From Eledone cirrhosa (taxonomy: Eukaryota): a stretch of DNA of 64,000 nucleotides. The position numbers and the translations under genes were made by a program. Location: assembly GCA_964016885.1 (NCBI GenBank), contig OZ024761.1:22258001-22322000 (forward strand), read 5' to 3'. Shown here piece after piece: positions 1 through 15,239 of the stretch (position 1 is its first letter; every line of letters starts with the position of its first letter). Under the pieces are notes generated by a model, which was not told the DNA's origin, ran no database searches, and saw nothing but the letters and a program-made list of their open reading frames with translations.

Positions 1-480
1 GTTCAGAGAGCTTATACCACTATTGGCCGCTAAAGGGTTCTCTCTAAAAATGAAAGGCAGGCTGTATGATGCTTGCATACGAACAGCAATGTTACATGGC
101 AGTGAGACATGGGCATTGTGTGCAGAGGATATACGCAGACTGGAGAGGAACGAAGCTTGCCTGCTCCGCTGGATGTGTAATAGTAATATACGTGAACGGC
201 AAAGCATAAATGAACTAAGGGAGAAATTAGGAATAAGAGGGATCAGATGTTGTTTACTCGAGAGAAGACTATGTTGGTACGGTCACGTGATGCGCATGAA
301 AGACGACAGTTGTATGAAAAAAGTGCAGGGCGATAAAAATAGACGGTAACCACGGAGTAGGCAGACCCAGAAAAACATGGGACGACTTGATAAATTCCGA
401 CTTCACACACTTACACTTCTCCAAGACAATGTCACTGGACCGAGACATTTGGTGCTACACAGTAATACAGAAGACCTGCC
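1..480 (+). mobile_element. RTE-clade LINE, 3' end of ORF (degenerate, frameshifted)
   Basis: ORF 23-349 has KGRLYDACIRTAMLHGSETW and LERRLCWYGHVMRM, typical post-RT C-terminal motifs of RTE LINEs. It continues out of frame as GRPRKTW-like sequence around 360-380. Confidence 0.8.
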
Positions 481-699
481 TTACCTAAGTACAAAGCGAA
501 ACCTACAGTCAGTAAGCACCTCTTAACCAAAATACACCCCCGCCCCACTACCCCCACCCCATCCACACCACCCCCTTAAATGTGAAGTTATGTTGGTACC
601 ACAACATCCAGTTCAAAACAAATGAGGTCGTGTAGGTGTCACGACAAAAAAAAACACACAGTCCACGCTGTAATGTGGCCGTGTGGGTAAGACGGTAAA

Positions 700-885
700 A
701 ACCTCCCAGTCCACACTGTAAACGTGGTTGGTGTTAGGAAGGGCATCCAGCCGTAGAAAACCCGCCAGACAGTCCTATACGAGCAAGACAACCACTCTTG
801 CCTCAAGTGGGAAAACTCCTGTCCAAACTCATGCTAGCGTGGAAGATGGACGTTAAACGATGATGATGATGATGATGATGATGAT
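700..885 (+). mobile_element. SINE 3' part with (GAT)n tail
   Basis: ggttggtgttaggaagggcatccagccgtagaaa ... catgctagcgtggaagatggacgttaaacgatgatgat. The same motif recurs at about 28535-28780 (-), 49680-49885 and 29830-30030 (-). Confidence 0.75.
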
Positions 886-982
886 ATTTACAGCAATGTA
901 AATGCTAAAGGGTTAAAATACACTTCTTGGTATTTCCACTCTTATAACTATACAATTATATATATATGTATATGAATGTATA

Positions 983-1013
<31 letters not shown>

Positions 1014-1016
1014 TTA

Positions 1017-1077
<61 letters not shown>

Positions 1078-1163
1078 TTATATATATATATATATAGTAA
1101 TATTTATACTTTATAATTGTATATAACCCATATATAAATATAATAAGAAAGGGTAGTACTAAG

Positions 1164-1198
<35 letters not shown>

Positions 1199-1464
1199 TG
1201 TATGTATGTATATTATATACACAATTATGAACTTGTTTAACCACAGAATAAAGTATGTTTATAGCTTTACATATATGATTATATGATTGTTCTCGACAAA
1301 CCCTGATGTCAGTAAAGTACAGGACCCCAACAACAACAACAACAGCAATATCAACAGTTCTTTGTCATGGTGATGTGGCATTAATCAGGACATTTACTCA
1401 TTGAACTCTTCTCAATAGCTCAATAATTCAATAGACTGGAATAAAACATTGATAGAATGTGTTG

Positions 1465-2600
1465 GGCTGGAGTGGACTGGACTGGACTGAGGTGGTCTGG
1501 ACTTTAGTGGTCTGGAGTGGACTGGACTGAGGTGGTCTGGAGTTGACTGGACTGGAGTGGACTGGACTGAGGTGGTCTGGAGTGGACTGGACTGAGGTGG
1601 TCTGGAGTGGACTGGACTGAGGTGGTCTGGAGTGGACTGGACTGAGGTGGTCTGGAGTTGACTGGACTGAGGTGGTCTGGAGTGGACTGGACTGAGGTGG
1701 TCTGGAGTGGACTGGACTGAGGTGGTCTGGAGTGGACTGGACTGAGGTGGTCTGGAGTGGACTGGACTGAGGTGGTCTGGAGTTGACTGGACTGAGGTGG
1801 TCTGGAGTGGACTGGACTGAGGTGGTCTGGAGTGGACTGGACTGAGGTGGTCTGGAGTGGACTGGACTGAGGTGGTCTGGAGTGGACTGGACTGAGGTGG
1901 TCTGGAGTTGACTGGACTGAGGTGGTCTGGAGTTGACTGGACTGAGGTGGTCTGGAGTGGACTGGACTGAGGTGGTCTGGAGTGGACTGGACTGAGGTGG
2001 TCTGGAGTTGACTGGACTGAGGTGGTCTGGAGTGGACTGGACTGAGGTGGACTGGACTGAGGTGGTCTGGAGTTGACTGGACTGAGGTGGTCTGGAGTTG
2101 ACTGGACTGAGGTGGTCTGGAGTGGACTGGACTGAGGTGGTCTGGAGTGGATTAGACTGAGGTGGACTGGACTTTAGTGGTCTGGAGTGGACTGGACTTT
2201 AGTAATCTGGAGTGGACTGGACTGAGGTGGACTGGACTGTATTGGACTAGACTTTAGTGGAGTGGACTGGACTGAGGTGGTCTGGAGTGGACTGGACTGT
2301 GGTGGACTGGACTTTAGTGGTCTGGAGTGAACTGGACTGTATTGGACTGGACTTTAGTGATCTGGAGTGGACTGGACTGAGGTGAACTGGAGTGGACTGG
2401 ACTTTAGTGGACTGTATTGGACTGGACTGAGGTGGACTGGACTTTAGTGGTCTGGAGTGGACTGGACTGAGGTGAACTGGAGTGGACTGTATTGGACTGG
2501 ACTGAGGTGAACTAGAGTGGTCTGGACTGTGTTGGGCTGGGTTTTAGTGGTCTGTATTGGATTGGGCTGTATTGGACTGAAGTTGGCTGGGCTAGCTTGG
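1465..2600. repeat. 25-bp minisatellite built from GGACT-like pentamers
   Basis: Unit ggactgaggtggtctggagtggact; homogeneous core with degenerate flanks. Confidence 0.95.
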
Positions 2601-3125
2601 ACTGGGTTTTATTCGGCTGTACTGGGCTGCTTGGAATAGATTTTACAAGGCTGGAGAAAGTTATTCTACTAAATCTCTCTAAATTCTTGATTGTTTTCAG
2701 AATCATAAAAAATATTATAGGCAGTGACTTTCATTAGAAATATGTAAAGAGAATCATTAAATAGGATCCCTTTCAAATGGGTGGGGTTTGTTTCACAGAA
2801 ACAAAGAGAACTTTGGGGAGGGGTAGTATCAAAAGGTTTTTACAATTCTGATTTCATGCTTCATTAAGTTTTAATGTGAGTCTAGTATAGTTTGTCAGCT
2901 CAGCCAAGCATGTTAGCTTTCTAAAGTTCTCAATGTAGGGCAGTTTATAGGAAGTAGATAAGGACCAACAAAACAAAAGCTGAAATGTTACATTAGAAAG
3001 TCACACATATTAGTGTCATAGAATTAAATTAGTTATTTAGAGCTAATATATAGGCTGACCTGGGCTTGGAAATTAGCGTGATAGGGATTAGTTAACCTCA
3101 TGAATTTGTGTGTTCATGTGTGTAT

Positions 3126-3291
<166 letters not shown>

Positions 3292-3301
3292 ATATAGAAA
3301 T

Positions 3302-3353
3302 GGCTTCTACAGGACTAGAACTGTTTCATTCGGGAGAAATCATCAGGAAAGCC
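3302..3353 (-). ncRNA. Hammerhead ribozyme motif (Penelope-like element associated)
   Basis: Minus strand reads GGCUUUC-CUGAUGA-UUUCUCCCGAAU-GAAA-CAG-UUCUAGUC-CUGUA^GAAGCC. It has the conserved core CUGAUGA/GAAA, stem III ACAG/CUGU, a GUA cleavage triplet and stem I GGCUUUC/GAAGCC. Confidence 0.7.
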
Positions 3354-3529
3354 TTTCCTGGTGATTTCTCCACAATGAAACAGTTCTAGTCCTGTAGAAG
3401 CCATTTCTATATTAAATATTTATACTGTGCTATGTATTGAGTACCTTACTTACTGTGGTTACCCCCGATTGATCCCAGGATAAACATATATATATATATA
3501 TATATGTGTATATGATATATATATATAAT

Positions 3530-3860
3530 CATCATCATTTTACGTCCACTTTTCCCTGCTTGCAAGGGTGGGACGGGAACTGATTCTGGCATGATTTCTA
3601 CAGCTGGATGCCCTTCCTAACACCAACCTCATTTACAGTGAGTGCTGGGTGCTTTTTTGCCGTGGCACCTCCACGACCACTTTGCAGTGGTATGATAGGG
3701 ACCCCAGTCCTATCATCTCATTTCTACAGCTGAGTAAACTGGAGCAATGTGAAATAAAGTGTCTTGCTCAAGGAAACAACACATCACCTGGTCTGAGAAT
3801 TGAACTCACAACCTTTCAATTGCAAGGCCAATGCTCTAACCACTAAGCCATGTGCCTCCA
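3530..3860 (-). mobile_element. Full-length tRNA-headed SINE (~320 bp)
   Basis: The reverse complement starts GGAGGCACATGGCTTAGTGGTTAGAGC (A box), has GAGTTCAATTCTC (B box) and ends gtggacgtaaaatgatgatga. A close copy lies at 59850-60175 on the + strand. Confidence 0.85.
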
Positions 3861-4544
3861 TATATGTATATATATATCATCATCATCACCATTTATCGTC
3901 CATTTTTCCATGCTGGCATGGGTTAGATGAGTTATCCTGTTGTGAGCAATGCCAGGTCAGGTGACCATGTCTTGCTCATACAGGACTGGTTTTGACTTGA
4001 TTTCTACAGCTGGATGCCCTTCCTAACACCAACCTCATTTACAGTGAGTGTTGGGTGCTTTTCGCCATGTCACCTACACGACCACTTTACAGTGTGCTAA
4101 ACACCCAGGCACACATTCTATTCAAAATAATAAAAACAAAATTATCATTGCTGACTTTATATATGTGGGGTGGGGGTCACCATAATCTTTTAAGAACTTT
4201 GGGCCACTGAAGGACTTAATCCAGCCCTGACCTGCAGTCATTAAATAACGCTTTGTAGTGATACTGTGGTTTAGTTTCACGATCAGAGAGCCACATGGGT
4301 CATTAGTATTTCATTGGTAGGGGAGTAGACGGTCATACTGGTAGTACTAGTAGTGATTAAACATTTAGTGTAGGAAAAACCTGAAAGTTTCTCTCAAATG
4401 ATAAACTAAAATGTCACATGTGTGTGTAGACTTTGTCTAAAAATAGACAGAGACAAAATATATATTTCTAACAGCGTTTGTTACTCTGATATTTTAATGG
4501 GTCAGCACCAGCTCAGGGATATTTAGTATACTATGATAGTTTTA

Positions 4545-4940
4545 TGATGTGTACCTGGGCAATCAACACCCTAGGGCTAGCTCTACAGTGTGGTGTGTAC
4601 CTGGGCAGTCAACACCCTAGGGCTAGCTCTACAGTGTGTACCTGGGCAGTCAACACCCTAGGCTAGCTCTACAATGTGTACCTGGGCAGTCAATACCCTA
4701 GGGCTAGCTCTACAGTGTGTACCTGGGTATGTAACACCCTAGGCTGGGTATTTAACACCCTAGGCTAGCTCTACAATGTGTACCTGGGTATTTAACACCC
4801 TAGGCTAGCTCTACAGTGTGTACCTGGGTATGTAACACCCTAGGCTAGCTCTACAATGTGTACCTGGGTATTTAACACCCTAGGCTAGCTCTACAATGTG
4901 TACCTGGGTATTTAACACCCTAGGCTAGCTCTACAGTGTA
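4545..4940. repeat. ~40-bp minisatellite
   Basis: Unit gtgtacctgggtatttaacaccctaggctagctctaca(a/g)t, about 10 copies. Confidence 0.9.
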
Positions 4941-5109
4941 TATATAAGAATATTTGAATAATAAATATGGTTTACCAAAGAGATTCATTTCCGTTAATCG
5001 CAGGAAAAGATGAAGCAGATGATAGACTCTCAATTACAGGAAATGTTATGTTTCCCTTTTGAATATTTTTTAGGTAAGTCAACAACCGACAGCATTGCCA
5101 CAGATGATA

Positions 5110-5345
5110 GTGGGACTAAGGTGCTGAAATAGCCAAGTACCCTCAGCACAAACATCACCTGATACACTTCAGTATGACCAAGAGATAGCATGGCTGAGGT
5201 AGTGTAATAGCCAAGCACCCTCAGCACAAACATCACCTGATACACTTCAGTATGACCAAGAGATAGCGTGGCTGAGGTAGTGTAATAGCCAAGCACCCTC
5301 ACCAACATTGACAAGAACCTCGTTGTCAGCGGCACAGCTCCCCGA
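5110..5345 (+). repeat. 78-bp tandem repeat, diverged partial copy of the LTR-like element at 15.5-16.1 kb
   Basis: aatagccaag recurs at 5128, 5206 and 5284. It is followed by gacaagaacctcgttgtcagcggcacagctccc, which matches the reverse complement of 15763-15795. Confidence 0.75.
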
Positions 5346-5439
5346 GAAGAAATGGCTCGAATGACACCACAAGATGGAAAATATTAGTTTACAGGTAATT
5401 CAAGGTATTTCAGAATTCTTTGTTTTGTTGGTTTGAAGC

Positions 5440-5822
<383 letters not shown>

Positions 5823-6009
5823 TATGGCTATTAAAAAATATTAAAATAAATTAACATGTAGTGGGGGGGTCATATATATTTCGTGTTCCTTACACTGTCA
5901 ACACACAACAACATTCTTTCAAACACTAAGTTCACCATTTTTAAAGCTGTTTATTTACTTATTTCTGGAGTTGACAGACAGATAGATAGATATAAAGATA
6001 GATAGATAG

Positions 6010-6405
6010 ATTTCTTTATTAGCCACAAGGGCGCACAAGAAAAGGGAACAATACAAAGACAGATGCCGGGGATTTTACACATAGTCGTGTTAAAAATATA
6101 AAACAAACAATTATAACAATTGAAATCCCCGATAGGGGGGAAGCGTCACAAATGGGTTGTTTAATACCCCGTAGATAGAACAACCCTTAACTCCAGGAGC
6201 GTGTTGTGCAAGTGCTTCTTTCTTCCTTTTGCTCTCTTCCTCAACCTACAGGCTTATATACAGAGAAGGCCCATTCACCCGGGCCATTTTTGCCACATTC
6301 ACCCACCTTTCAGTAAATTTACTGAGGTGCAGTGCCTCTCTCTCCACTCTGATTCTCCTTCTAAAGTGGTACCTAAAGAAGGGAATCAGTTGTTGTCCTG
6401 AGAGA
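6010..6405 (-). mobile_element. 5'-truncated L1/Tx1-like LINE 3' end
   Basis: The minus frame reads FLSGQQLIPFFRYHFRRRIRVEREALHLSKFTERWVNVAKMARVNGPSLYISL*, resembling a Tx1 ORF2 C-terminus (RIRxE...FxxRW). A 3'UTR, AATAAA and a (CTAT)n tail follow. Confidence 0.55.
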
Positions 6406-6599
6406 AAGGCATAGATAGATATGTAACGGAATTGTCCGGTGAAGATTCGAAACCGAATCTAAGAGTTCTCGCATCTGAGACCACCCATATCCACTACAGA
6501 TAGATAGATAAATAAACGAATATATAGACAGACAGATAGATAGAATTATAAATAGATATATATATAGAGAGAGAGATAAACAGATATACAGATGTGTAA

Positions 6600-6630
<31 letters not shown>

Positions 6631-6699
6631 ACAAAGGAATTATGGTAAGGAACCAGATGGACCATAACGCACCAGAGTACTCAATACTTAGGGGTTTTT

Positions 6700-6732
<33 letters not shown>

Positions 6733-6780
6733 TCTTTTACCTGTTCCGGTCGAGGCCATGCTGGGGCACCGCCCTTGAGA

Positions 6781-6837
<57 letters not shown>

Positions 6838-7303
6838 ATTAGTATTATTATTATTATATATATAGACAGACGGACAGATAGATAGAATTATAAATAGATA
6901 TATATAGATATACAGATATGTAAACGGATATATAGACAGTTATGTATATATATAGAGAGATAGATGGAATTACAGAATATAGAGGAACTATGTCTGTCGT
7001 AAAACATTCCGGAAGCTCTGCAGGTCACAGAGTCTTGTAAAAATAAATATATTATTCTATTCTGAGTCATAGTTAAGGTGACAACCATGTTATGTTTTTT
7101 ATATATACAAGGTGGAGTTGTTTTGGACGTGTAGTGTTTGCAATAATAAATCACTTATTATACATACATACACACACATATATATATATATATACATACA
7201 TACATATATATATATATACAGCAAGTACTATTCGATTTGTTTGAAGCAATCGCGAAACTCAATTTTAAGGTGGACTAGCTAAATTTTGAAATAAACAAAA
7301 CTG

Positions 7304-7338
<35 letters not shown>

Positions 7339-7344
7339 ATATAG

Positions 7345-7401
<57 letters not shown>

Positions 7402-7722
7402 CATTAGTCCAACGAGCTTTTGATTCTAGGGTCGGGCCAGATCGAACCTTGAGCTGATCATAGCGAAACTACTCAATAAACGTAATGTAGACCTGACAAA
7501 TCGTCCTTTTTATTAGTAGTAGTAGTAGTAGTAGTTAGTAGTAGTATTGGTAAAGGGTCGGACGCCATGCTTTGACGCATAGAGTTACGGCCTTTGCCAT
7601 TCTGAGTTCAAATCCCGCCAAGGTTAACTTTGCCTTTCATCCTTACGGGGTCGATAAAATAAAGTACCAGTAATACACTGGGGTAATTGCTGGCCTTGTG
7701 CCTAACGTAGAAACAATTATTA

Positions 7723-7761
<39 letters not shown>

Positions 7762-8587
7762 GTACACAATGTTTATTAAACACAGTGATATGACGCGGTT
7801 CCATTGACAGGTAGTACTGTCAGTAAAAGAATTTAGTTATAATAGAATATGAGCAGGTGTGGTGGTACACACCTTTCAACATAACTACTATATATATTAT
7901 ATTATATAGAGACGGGACCCGACGGCTGAGCTCTTGCCGTTTCAACAGTAAGTCTAAGAATTGCTAGTTGGCGTTTTATTTACATATAACAACAGCAGTA
8001 ATCGTATATAGGCAGACGTCTTTGTACATTATATATGTATGTATCTGTGTATATATGTATGTATGTATATATCTGCGTATATATGTATATGTCTATGTAT
8101 GTATATGTGTATCTTTGTATGTATGTATATATCTGCGTATATATGTATATGTCTATGTATGTATATGTGTATCTTTGTATGTATGTATGTATCTGCGTAT
8201 ATATGTATGTATGTATCTGCGTATATATGTATGTATGTATCTGTGTATATATGTATGTGTATATATGTATCTTTGTATGTATGTATGTATCTGCGTATGT
8301 ATGTATGTATCTGTGTATCTTTGTATGTATGTATGTGCGTATATATCTGTATGTATGTATGTGCGTATGTATGCATGTATATGTGTATATGTGTATCTAT
8401 GTATATGTGTGTCTGTACACATATATATCGACAGTCGATCGACTTTTGTCAAATCGGACCGAGGAAACAATGTTTCCGTTGGTCTTTCCAATTGCTAATA
8501 CTATCTATCGGCCGCAACTCCAGGTAGAAGGAGCAACGATTGCCAATCCAATTCTCTAACCACTCAGCCACGTACCTTCACGCACAC

Positions 8588-8645
<58 letters not shown>

Positions 8646-8727
8646 TTATCCCGGGTTCAATCAGGGGTAACCACAGTAGTTTCTGATGATTTATCCCGAA
8701 TGAAACAGCTCTAGTCCTATAGAAGCC

Positions 8728-8781
<54 letters not shown>

Positions 8782-8987
8782 ATGTCTATATTTGTATGTA
8801 TGTGTGTCTGTATATATATATGTCGATAAAATAAAGTACCAGTAATACACTGATATGTGTGTGTATGTCTATATTTGTATGTGTGTGTGTCTATATTTGT
8901 ATGTATGTGTGTCTGTATATATATATATATATATGTGTGTGTATGTCTATATTTGTGTGTGTGTCTATATTTGTATGTATGTGTGTC

Positions 8988-9020
<33 letters not shown>

Positions 9021-9139
9021 ATGTCTATATTTTTATGTGTGTGTGTCTATTTGTATGTATGTGTGTCTGTATATATATATATATATGTGTGTGTATGTCT
9101 ATATTTGTGTGTGTGTCTATATTTGTATGTATGTGTGTC

Positions 9140-9172
<33 letters not shown>

Positions 9173-10205
9173 ATGTCTATATGTGTATGTATGTGTGTCT
9201 GTATATATATATATATGCGTGTGTGACCATAATGGCCTCTTCCACACAAATACATTTGTTAAGGTAAGAAAAGCTCAAAACGTCCTTAAAAAAACAAGTC
9301 TTTAGCACCTAGTTCTTTCTGTTGAGGGCAGTAAGGGTAACAGAACATAAATATTTCAAATAAAAAGACCCAAAATATTGAAGCGATAACCAACCCAAGC
9401 CCAAACAGTGAGTGTGTTTTACTATATATTTCTGGCAATATTATTACAACAATATGACCCTCCCCAAGTATAACAATATTTGTATCAACACACGATTTCA
9501 TATCAAAAACATCGGCGTCAATCTTTTGATAATCCTGATGGTATGTAGGTGTCTGTGTATTGTATTAATTAATTGTTAATTATCTCTTTCTGATCTATTC
9601 GTTGTTTACAAATGCAGGTAAGATTATCACCTGTATAGGAACAATCGTGGATATTGAACATTGGTTTAATATGGAAACCTTGGATTTCCTCATTGTAAAT
9701 ATGTATACAAATATATATATGTATATAATATATGTGTGTGTGTGATGTATATAAGTTACATATATATACATCACACATATATATACATACATATAATGTG
9801 TATGTATATATATGTGTGTGTGTGTGTATATATATATGTGTATGAACGTATATATATGTATGTATATATATGTGTGTGTGTGTGATGTATATAAGTTACA
9901 TATATATACATCATACATATAATGTGTGTGTGTATGTATGTATATATATGTGTGTGTGTATATATATGTGTATGAATGTATATATATGTATGTATATACA
10001 TGTGTGTGTGTGATGTATATAAGTAAAATATATATACATCACACACATATATACATACATACATATAATGTGTGTGTATGTGTATGTATATGTGTGTGTG
10101 TATATATATGTGTATGAATGTATATATATGTATGTATATATATGTGTGTGTGTTGTATATAAGTTACATATATATACATACATATAATGTGTGTGTGTGT
10201 ATGTA

Positions 10206-10236
<31 letters not shown>

Positions 10237-10360
10237 GTGTATGAATGTATATATGTGTATGTATATATATGTGTGTGTGTATGTATGTATATATATGTGT
10301 GTATGAATGTATATATATATATATATATGTGTGTATGTATATATATATGTGTGTGTATGA

Positions 10361-10400
<40 letters not shown>

Positions 10401-10740
10401 ATGTATATATATATGTGTGTGTGTATGTATATATGTGTGTGTGTATGTATGTATATATATATGTGTATGAATGTATATATATGTGTGTGTGTATGTATAT
10501 ATATATATGTGTGTGTATGTATGTATATATATGTGTGTGTATGAATGTATATATATATATATATATATGTGCGTGTATGAATGTATATATATGTGTGTGT
10601 ATGTATATATTTATTTATAATATACACACATACAGATAATGGAATAATTGTTTCTACTTTAGGCACAAGGCCAGCAATTACCCCAGTGCATTACTGGGTG
10701 GAATAATGTCAACTAGAATATATAAATTCTAAGAACTTAC

Positions 10741-11373
10741 CATTTCGTCGAGGGACTTCAAATCACAGGTAATAATTTGCTTCCTGGGAGGCGGTGGGGC
10801 GCCGGCCAGCTCCGCTTCGATTTCCTCTTCCATTTGTACAATGGTCGGGGCCAACATCCCGAATTTGGCACCGACCCGGGCCACTTCCAGCAAACATAGG
10901 ACCACACTCCGTTCGTTCTTGCGCAACACCAAGTCATCGGTTTCAAACCTGAGAACTTCTGGTACTCCCAGTTCTCGACACCACGAAATAAAATTAGAAA
11001 CATTGTCTCTGGCCTGGAAAGTCTGGGCTTTCACCTCCTTGCGAAACTGAATCTCAGTTCTGGGTATATCACGAATGAACTGAGATTTACTGGACAGTCG
11101 TTTCTGTTGCTCCAGGGCAAATTTCCTCACTTCGTTGGCATGCTTGCACAGTTCCACTCCGGTCTCTAAAATCTCAAAGAAATTATCGACATTTATGGAG
11201 TTTTTGTAGAGACAGGTGAACCAGTCCGCCAGATCTTCTTTCATGGCGTACAAATATTCATCTTTGCTCTTAAACGGTTTGAAAGACTTTGGTTCCAGAA
11301 CTAGAATGGTGTCGGTACCACCACCACCAGACTCTCCTGAGTTCAGGGACGGATTCGAATCGGTGATATCCAT
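10741..11373 (-). CDS. GAS2L1: GAS2-like protein (GAS2L/pickled eggs family), first coding exon with the calponin-homology domain
   Basis: PFKSKDEYLYAMKEDLADWF, LETGVELCKHAN, FQARDNVSNFISWCR, LRFETDDLVLRKNERSVVLCLLEVAR and APTIVQMEEEIE are hallmark GAS2-family CH motifs. Start context is gccATGG. Phase-0 donor ATG|GTAAGT at 10740. No GAR-domain exon was found in 1-10740, so the gene probably continues beyond the left edge. The exact paralogue name is uncertain. Confidence 0.92.
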
Positions 11374-11793
11374 GGCATTTGTCTTCTTCTGCTGCTGCCT
11401 TCTTCTTCTCCTCCTCTAGTCAAACGTGTTGGACACACATGGTAAGTGCTGTGGTCGCCGTGTGTGTGGTGTAATATTACTAATGGCTAAATTACTGCAC
11501 ACTAAGGTACCACCCAACATAGCGATGACGTACTCTACTTCTAGTAGTAGATTACTATAGATAGATAGATATAGATAGATCGTTCATTGAACATAACAAC
11601 ACCCGATCAATCAATAACGGCCGGCTGATGTTTTAAATTTAAGCCGAAATCACAGCTCTCAGTCGACCAGTAAATCCAGGGTTGTTTTGTTGTTTTGCGT
11701 CATTTTAGTACCTTATAATACACATGTACGTGTTTATATATATACATATATATATATATAGAGAGAGAGAGACAGAGATCTATAGAGCTTCAC

Positions 11794-11836
<43 letters not shown>

Positions 11837-12341
11837 AAGCTTCACTCACGCACATGTATTCATAACGTACACTGTGTATGCAACACGAAATATGAATAGA
11901 TCTGAGTGTGTGGTTGCAGGGAGGGAGCTGAGCTATTAGTTCACTGTGGTGTGGTGTGGCGTTGTGTTATGAATGAATTAAAAAAGCGTTGAATGAAAGA
12001 AGAAGGAAAAGGAAGAAAGAAAGATAAGGAGGAAGAAGAAGAAAAAAACCTCGGGAAGAACTTTGTTCCTCTCTTTCTCTCTTACGTTCGTATGATTGAT
12101 CATGTGCGCTACCGAAATATGGTAGCAGCAGTTTCATTCATTTTGGGTGACGAGCCAGCAACTAAACTGCAGCAGTTTACACAGGAGTATATATATATAT
12201 TTGTATATATATGTGTGTGTGTGTGTGTATTTATAAATATATATATAGAGAGAGAGAGAGAGTGAGTGGAAGTGAGAGAGAGATCTCATCCAGAGCTCAT
12301 TGTGATGCCCTGTTCGTTTGTGTCTCTCCGTGTCCAGAAGG

Positions 12342-12372
<31 letters not shown>

Positions 12373-12635
12373 TACTTAGGGATGGAGTGTAGTATATTAT
12401 AATCAGGTAGTGAAACACTCATTAGTAATGGATAAATTAATATAATGCAAATGTTTTGGTGTTGTTGTTGTTGTAGTTGTAGTTGTCCACACCTAACTAT
12501 ACATAAGTGTGTTGCTATGTTGGTGTGAATGTGTTGTTTTCTATAAAAGTAAACGGCAATAATAACGTTGTTTGCGTCTCTGCATCGTCATATGCATCAG
12601 TCTGCGTATACAAACACACGTATATACATATATGC

Positions 12636-12669
<34 letters not shown>

Positions 12670-12826
12670 GCACACAAGTGTGGGTAGAAACGCAAAAAGA
12701 AAAGCGCAATCAACACATTTATATTAACAGGTTGACTTATCTATGCATTACCGAACGGTTTCGTGGACGTAAACACATCGAGCCTCTATCAGATGCCTTT
12801 GAATATACACATATACACACACACAC

Positions 12827-12894
<68 letters not shown>

Positions 12895-12967
12895 ATATAT
12901 ATATATACACGCACGTAGTGTATGGGCGTGGACAAAATCCCAAAATATTACTATTATATTTAGAACA

Positions 12968-13024
<57 letters not shown>

Positions 13025-13465
13025 TGTGTGTAACGACAGTCAAACAGACTTAATAAAATAGTGTGTGTTGTTAATTAAATATCTATGAAGTTAATAGTTT
13101 TTGATAGAGAAAGAGAGGATGGCGGGAGGGATGTATAGCTAACGAGGTACTTTAATCCCTGCTATCTGCTTTCATATGGAGATTTTTTTAAATAAAAACA
13201 GGGTGTAGAGTGGCAGCTCTGTGGATCTCTTAGAAGAGCAGTAGCATGTTAGGACATTGCAATGAAATTAACGATTGTTTTGACAGAATTCGGAGAGAGA
13301 GAGGAACATTTTGCGGTTTAATTAATGTTTTCGTTTTTCTTTTAGAAGGCAAGGCGGAGGTTTGCGTGGGAAAAGGAGAGAATTGTAGGGTTGGAAACAA
13401 TAAAAAGTGTTTAATTCAATAAATGGTAGGATTCTTAATTTACCGAGGGAAGAATGGAAGGGATA

Positions 13466-13503
<38 letters not shown>

Positions 13504-13555
13504 AATTCAGGACCCCGACGGCTGAGCTTCGGCCGTTTCAACAGCTAAATCTGAA

Positions 13556-13594
<39 letters not shown>

Positions 13595-13734
13595 GAGAAT
13601 GTGTGTGAGTCCCGGATTCAATCGGAGCTAACCACAGTAAGTAAGGTACTCAATACACCAGTAGAGTGCATACAACAAAATTTAATATAGAAATGGCTTT
13701 CTACAGGACTAGAACTGTTTCATTCGAAGGAACT

Positions 13735-13803
<69 letters not shown>

Positions 13804-13912
13804 AAAATGTTCAAGACCCCACACCAGAGTACTCAATACTTAGGTTAGTAGAGTGGGTAATAGGAAAATGCGTTATGGTCCACCTGGTTCCTTACCACAC
13901 TTCCTTCATGTT

Positions 13913-13946
<34 letters not shown>

Positions 13947-14270
13947 ATATATAAGACGAATGGAGAGAGAGAGAGAGAGATTGTGTGTATATTATAAATA
14001 TATATATATAAATATAAATATATATATATATAGAAAGAGAGAAAAATATCGAATAAAAGGATTTGTTGATAAATAAATATATAAATAGATGGAAATGATA
14101 GATAGATGAATAGATAAATATATAAATAAAGGGGGAAGCTAGGAACTGCGAAGTGATGCTGTCAGTAAGAATGGTGTGTGTGTGAACAAGAGCTGACGAC
14201 AAACTAGTTAACCTAAACAACAGATCTTATATATACATATACATACGTATACGTATGTGTTTATCTAATG

Positions 14271-14307
<37 letters not shown>

Positions 14308-14320
14308 ATATATATATATA

Positions 14321-14361
<41 letters not shown>

Positions 14362-14389
14362 GGTGTATGTATGTTTGTTTGTGTGTAGG

Positions 14390-14422
<33 letters not shown>

Positions 14423-14554
14423 ATTAATAAACAAAAGAAAGACGCGCTCACACGCACCCGGCTGGCTAATTGGATTTCGATCAAGTATTGAAAGTACTTC
14501 GATACATGTTAAGATGATTGTGAGAAGAAACAGTGAAAATCATCGAACGAGGGA

Positions 14555-14725
14555 TATATTATCATGTGTGTATATATATGTAGTGTCTCCGCATGGGTTA
14601 TATTATCATGTGTGTATATATATGTAGTGTCTCCGCATGGGTTATATTATCATGTGTGTATATATATGTAGTGTCTCCGCATGGGTTATATTATCATGTG
14701 TGTGTATATATGTAGTGTCTCCATC
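14555..14725. repeat. 44-bp tandem repeat (~4 copies)
   Basis: Unit tatattatcatgtgtgtatatatatgtagtgtctccgcatgggt. Confidence 0.9.
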
Positions 14726-15204
14726 ATAAACAGCCGTTATTAGGGCGGCTGCATCACTCTCTTCCTCTCCCTCTATACTGAAAGGAATGTTCTCAGTCAA
14801 ATACAGTCACACACTCATAGTAGCTTGAACATATGATACACACACACACACACACTAACACATTGGCTGGTACACTGTAGCACACACACACACACTAACA
14901 CATTGACTGGTACACTAAAGCACTAACGCACATACGCATTAACTGACTCGCGCACTGACAGATATACATTAACACATACACATTGACTCTGATAAACTAA
15001 AGCACACACACACACACACACACTTTCTCTCTCTCTCTCACGCACACGCGTTTACGCACTGACACACTATGCCAAACATAGAAGCTGACACCCTATAGCA
15101 CATACACACTATATAACACACACACACACACACAGATATATATTTATTTATATACCGTATATAATTTCAGATAAGTCACACACAAAAAGAAATGGGACAC
15201 GAGT

Positions 15205-15239
<35 letters not shown>

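Noticed and set aside
5030-5335. 101-aa minus-strand ORF as a downstream GAS2 exon
   Set aside because: No GAR-domain motif; it is the translation of a 78-bp tandem repeat.
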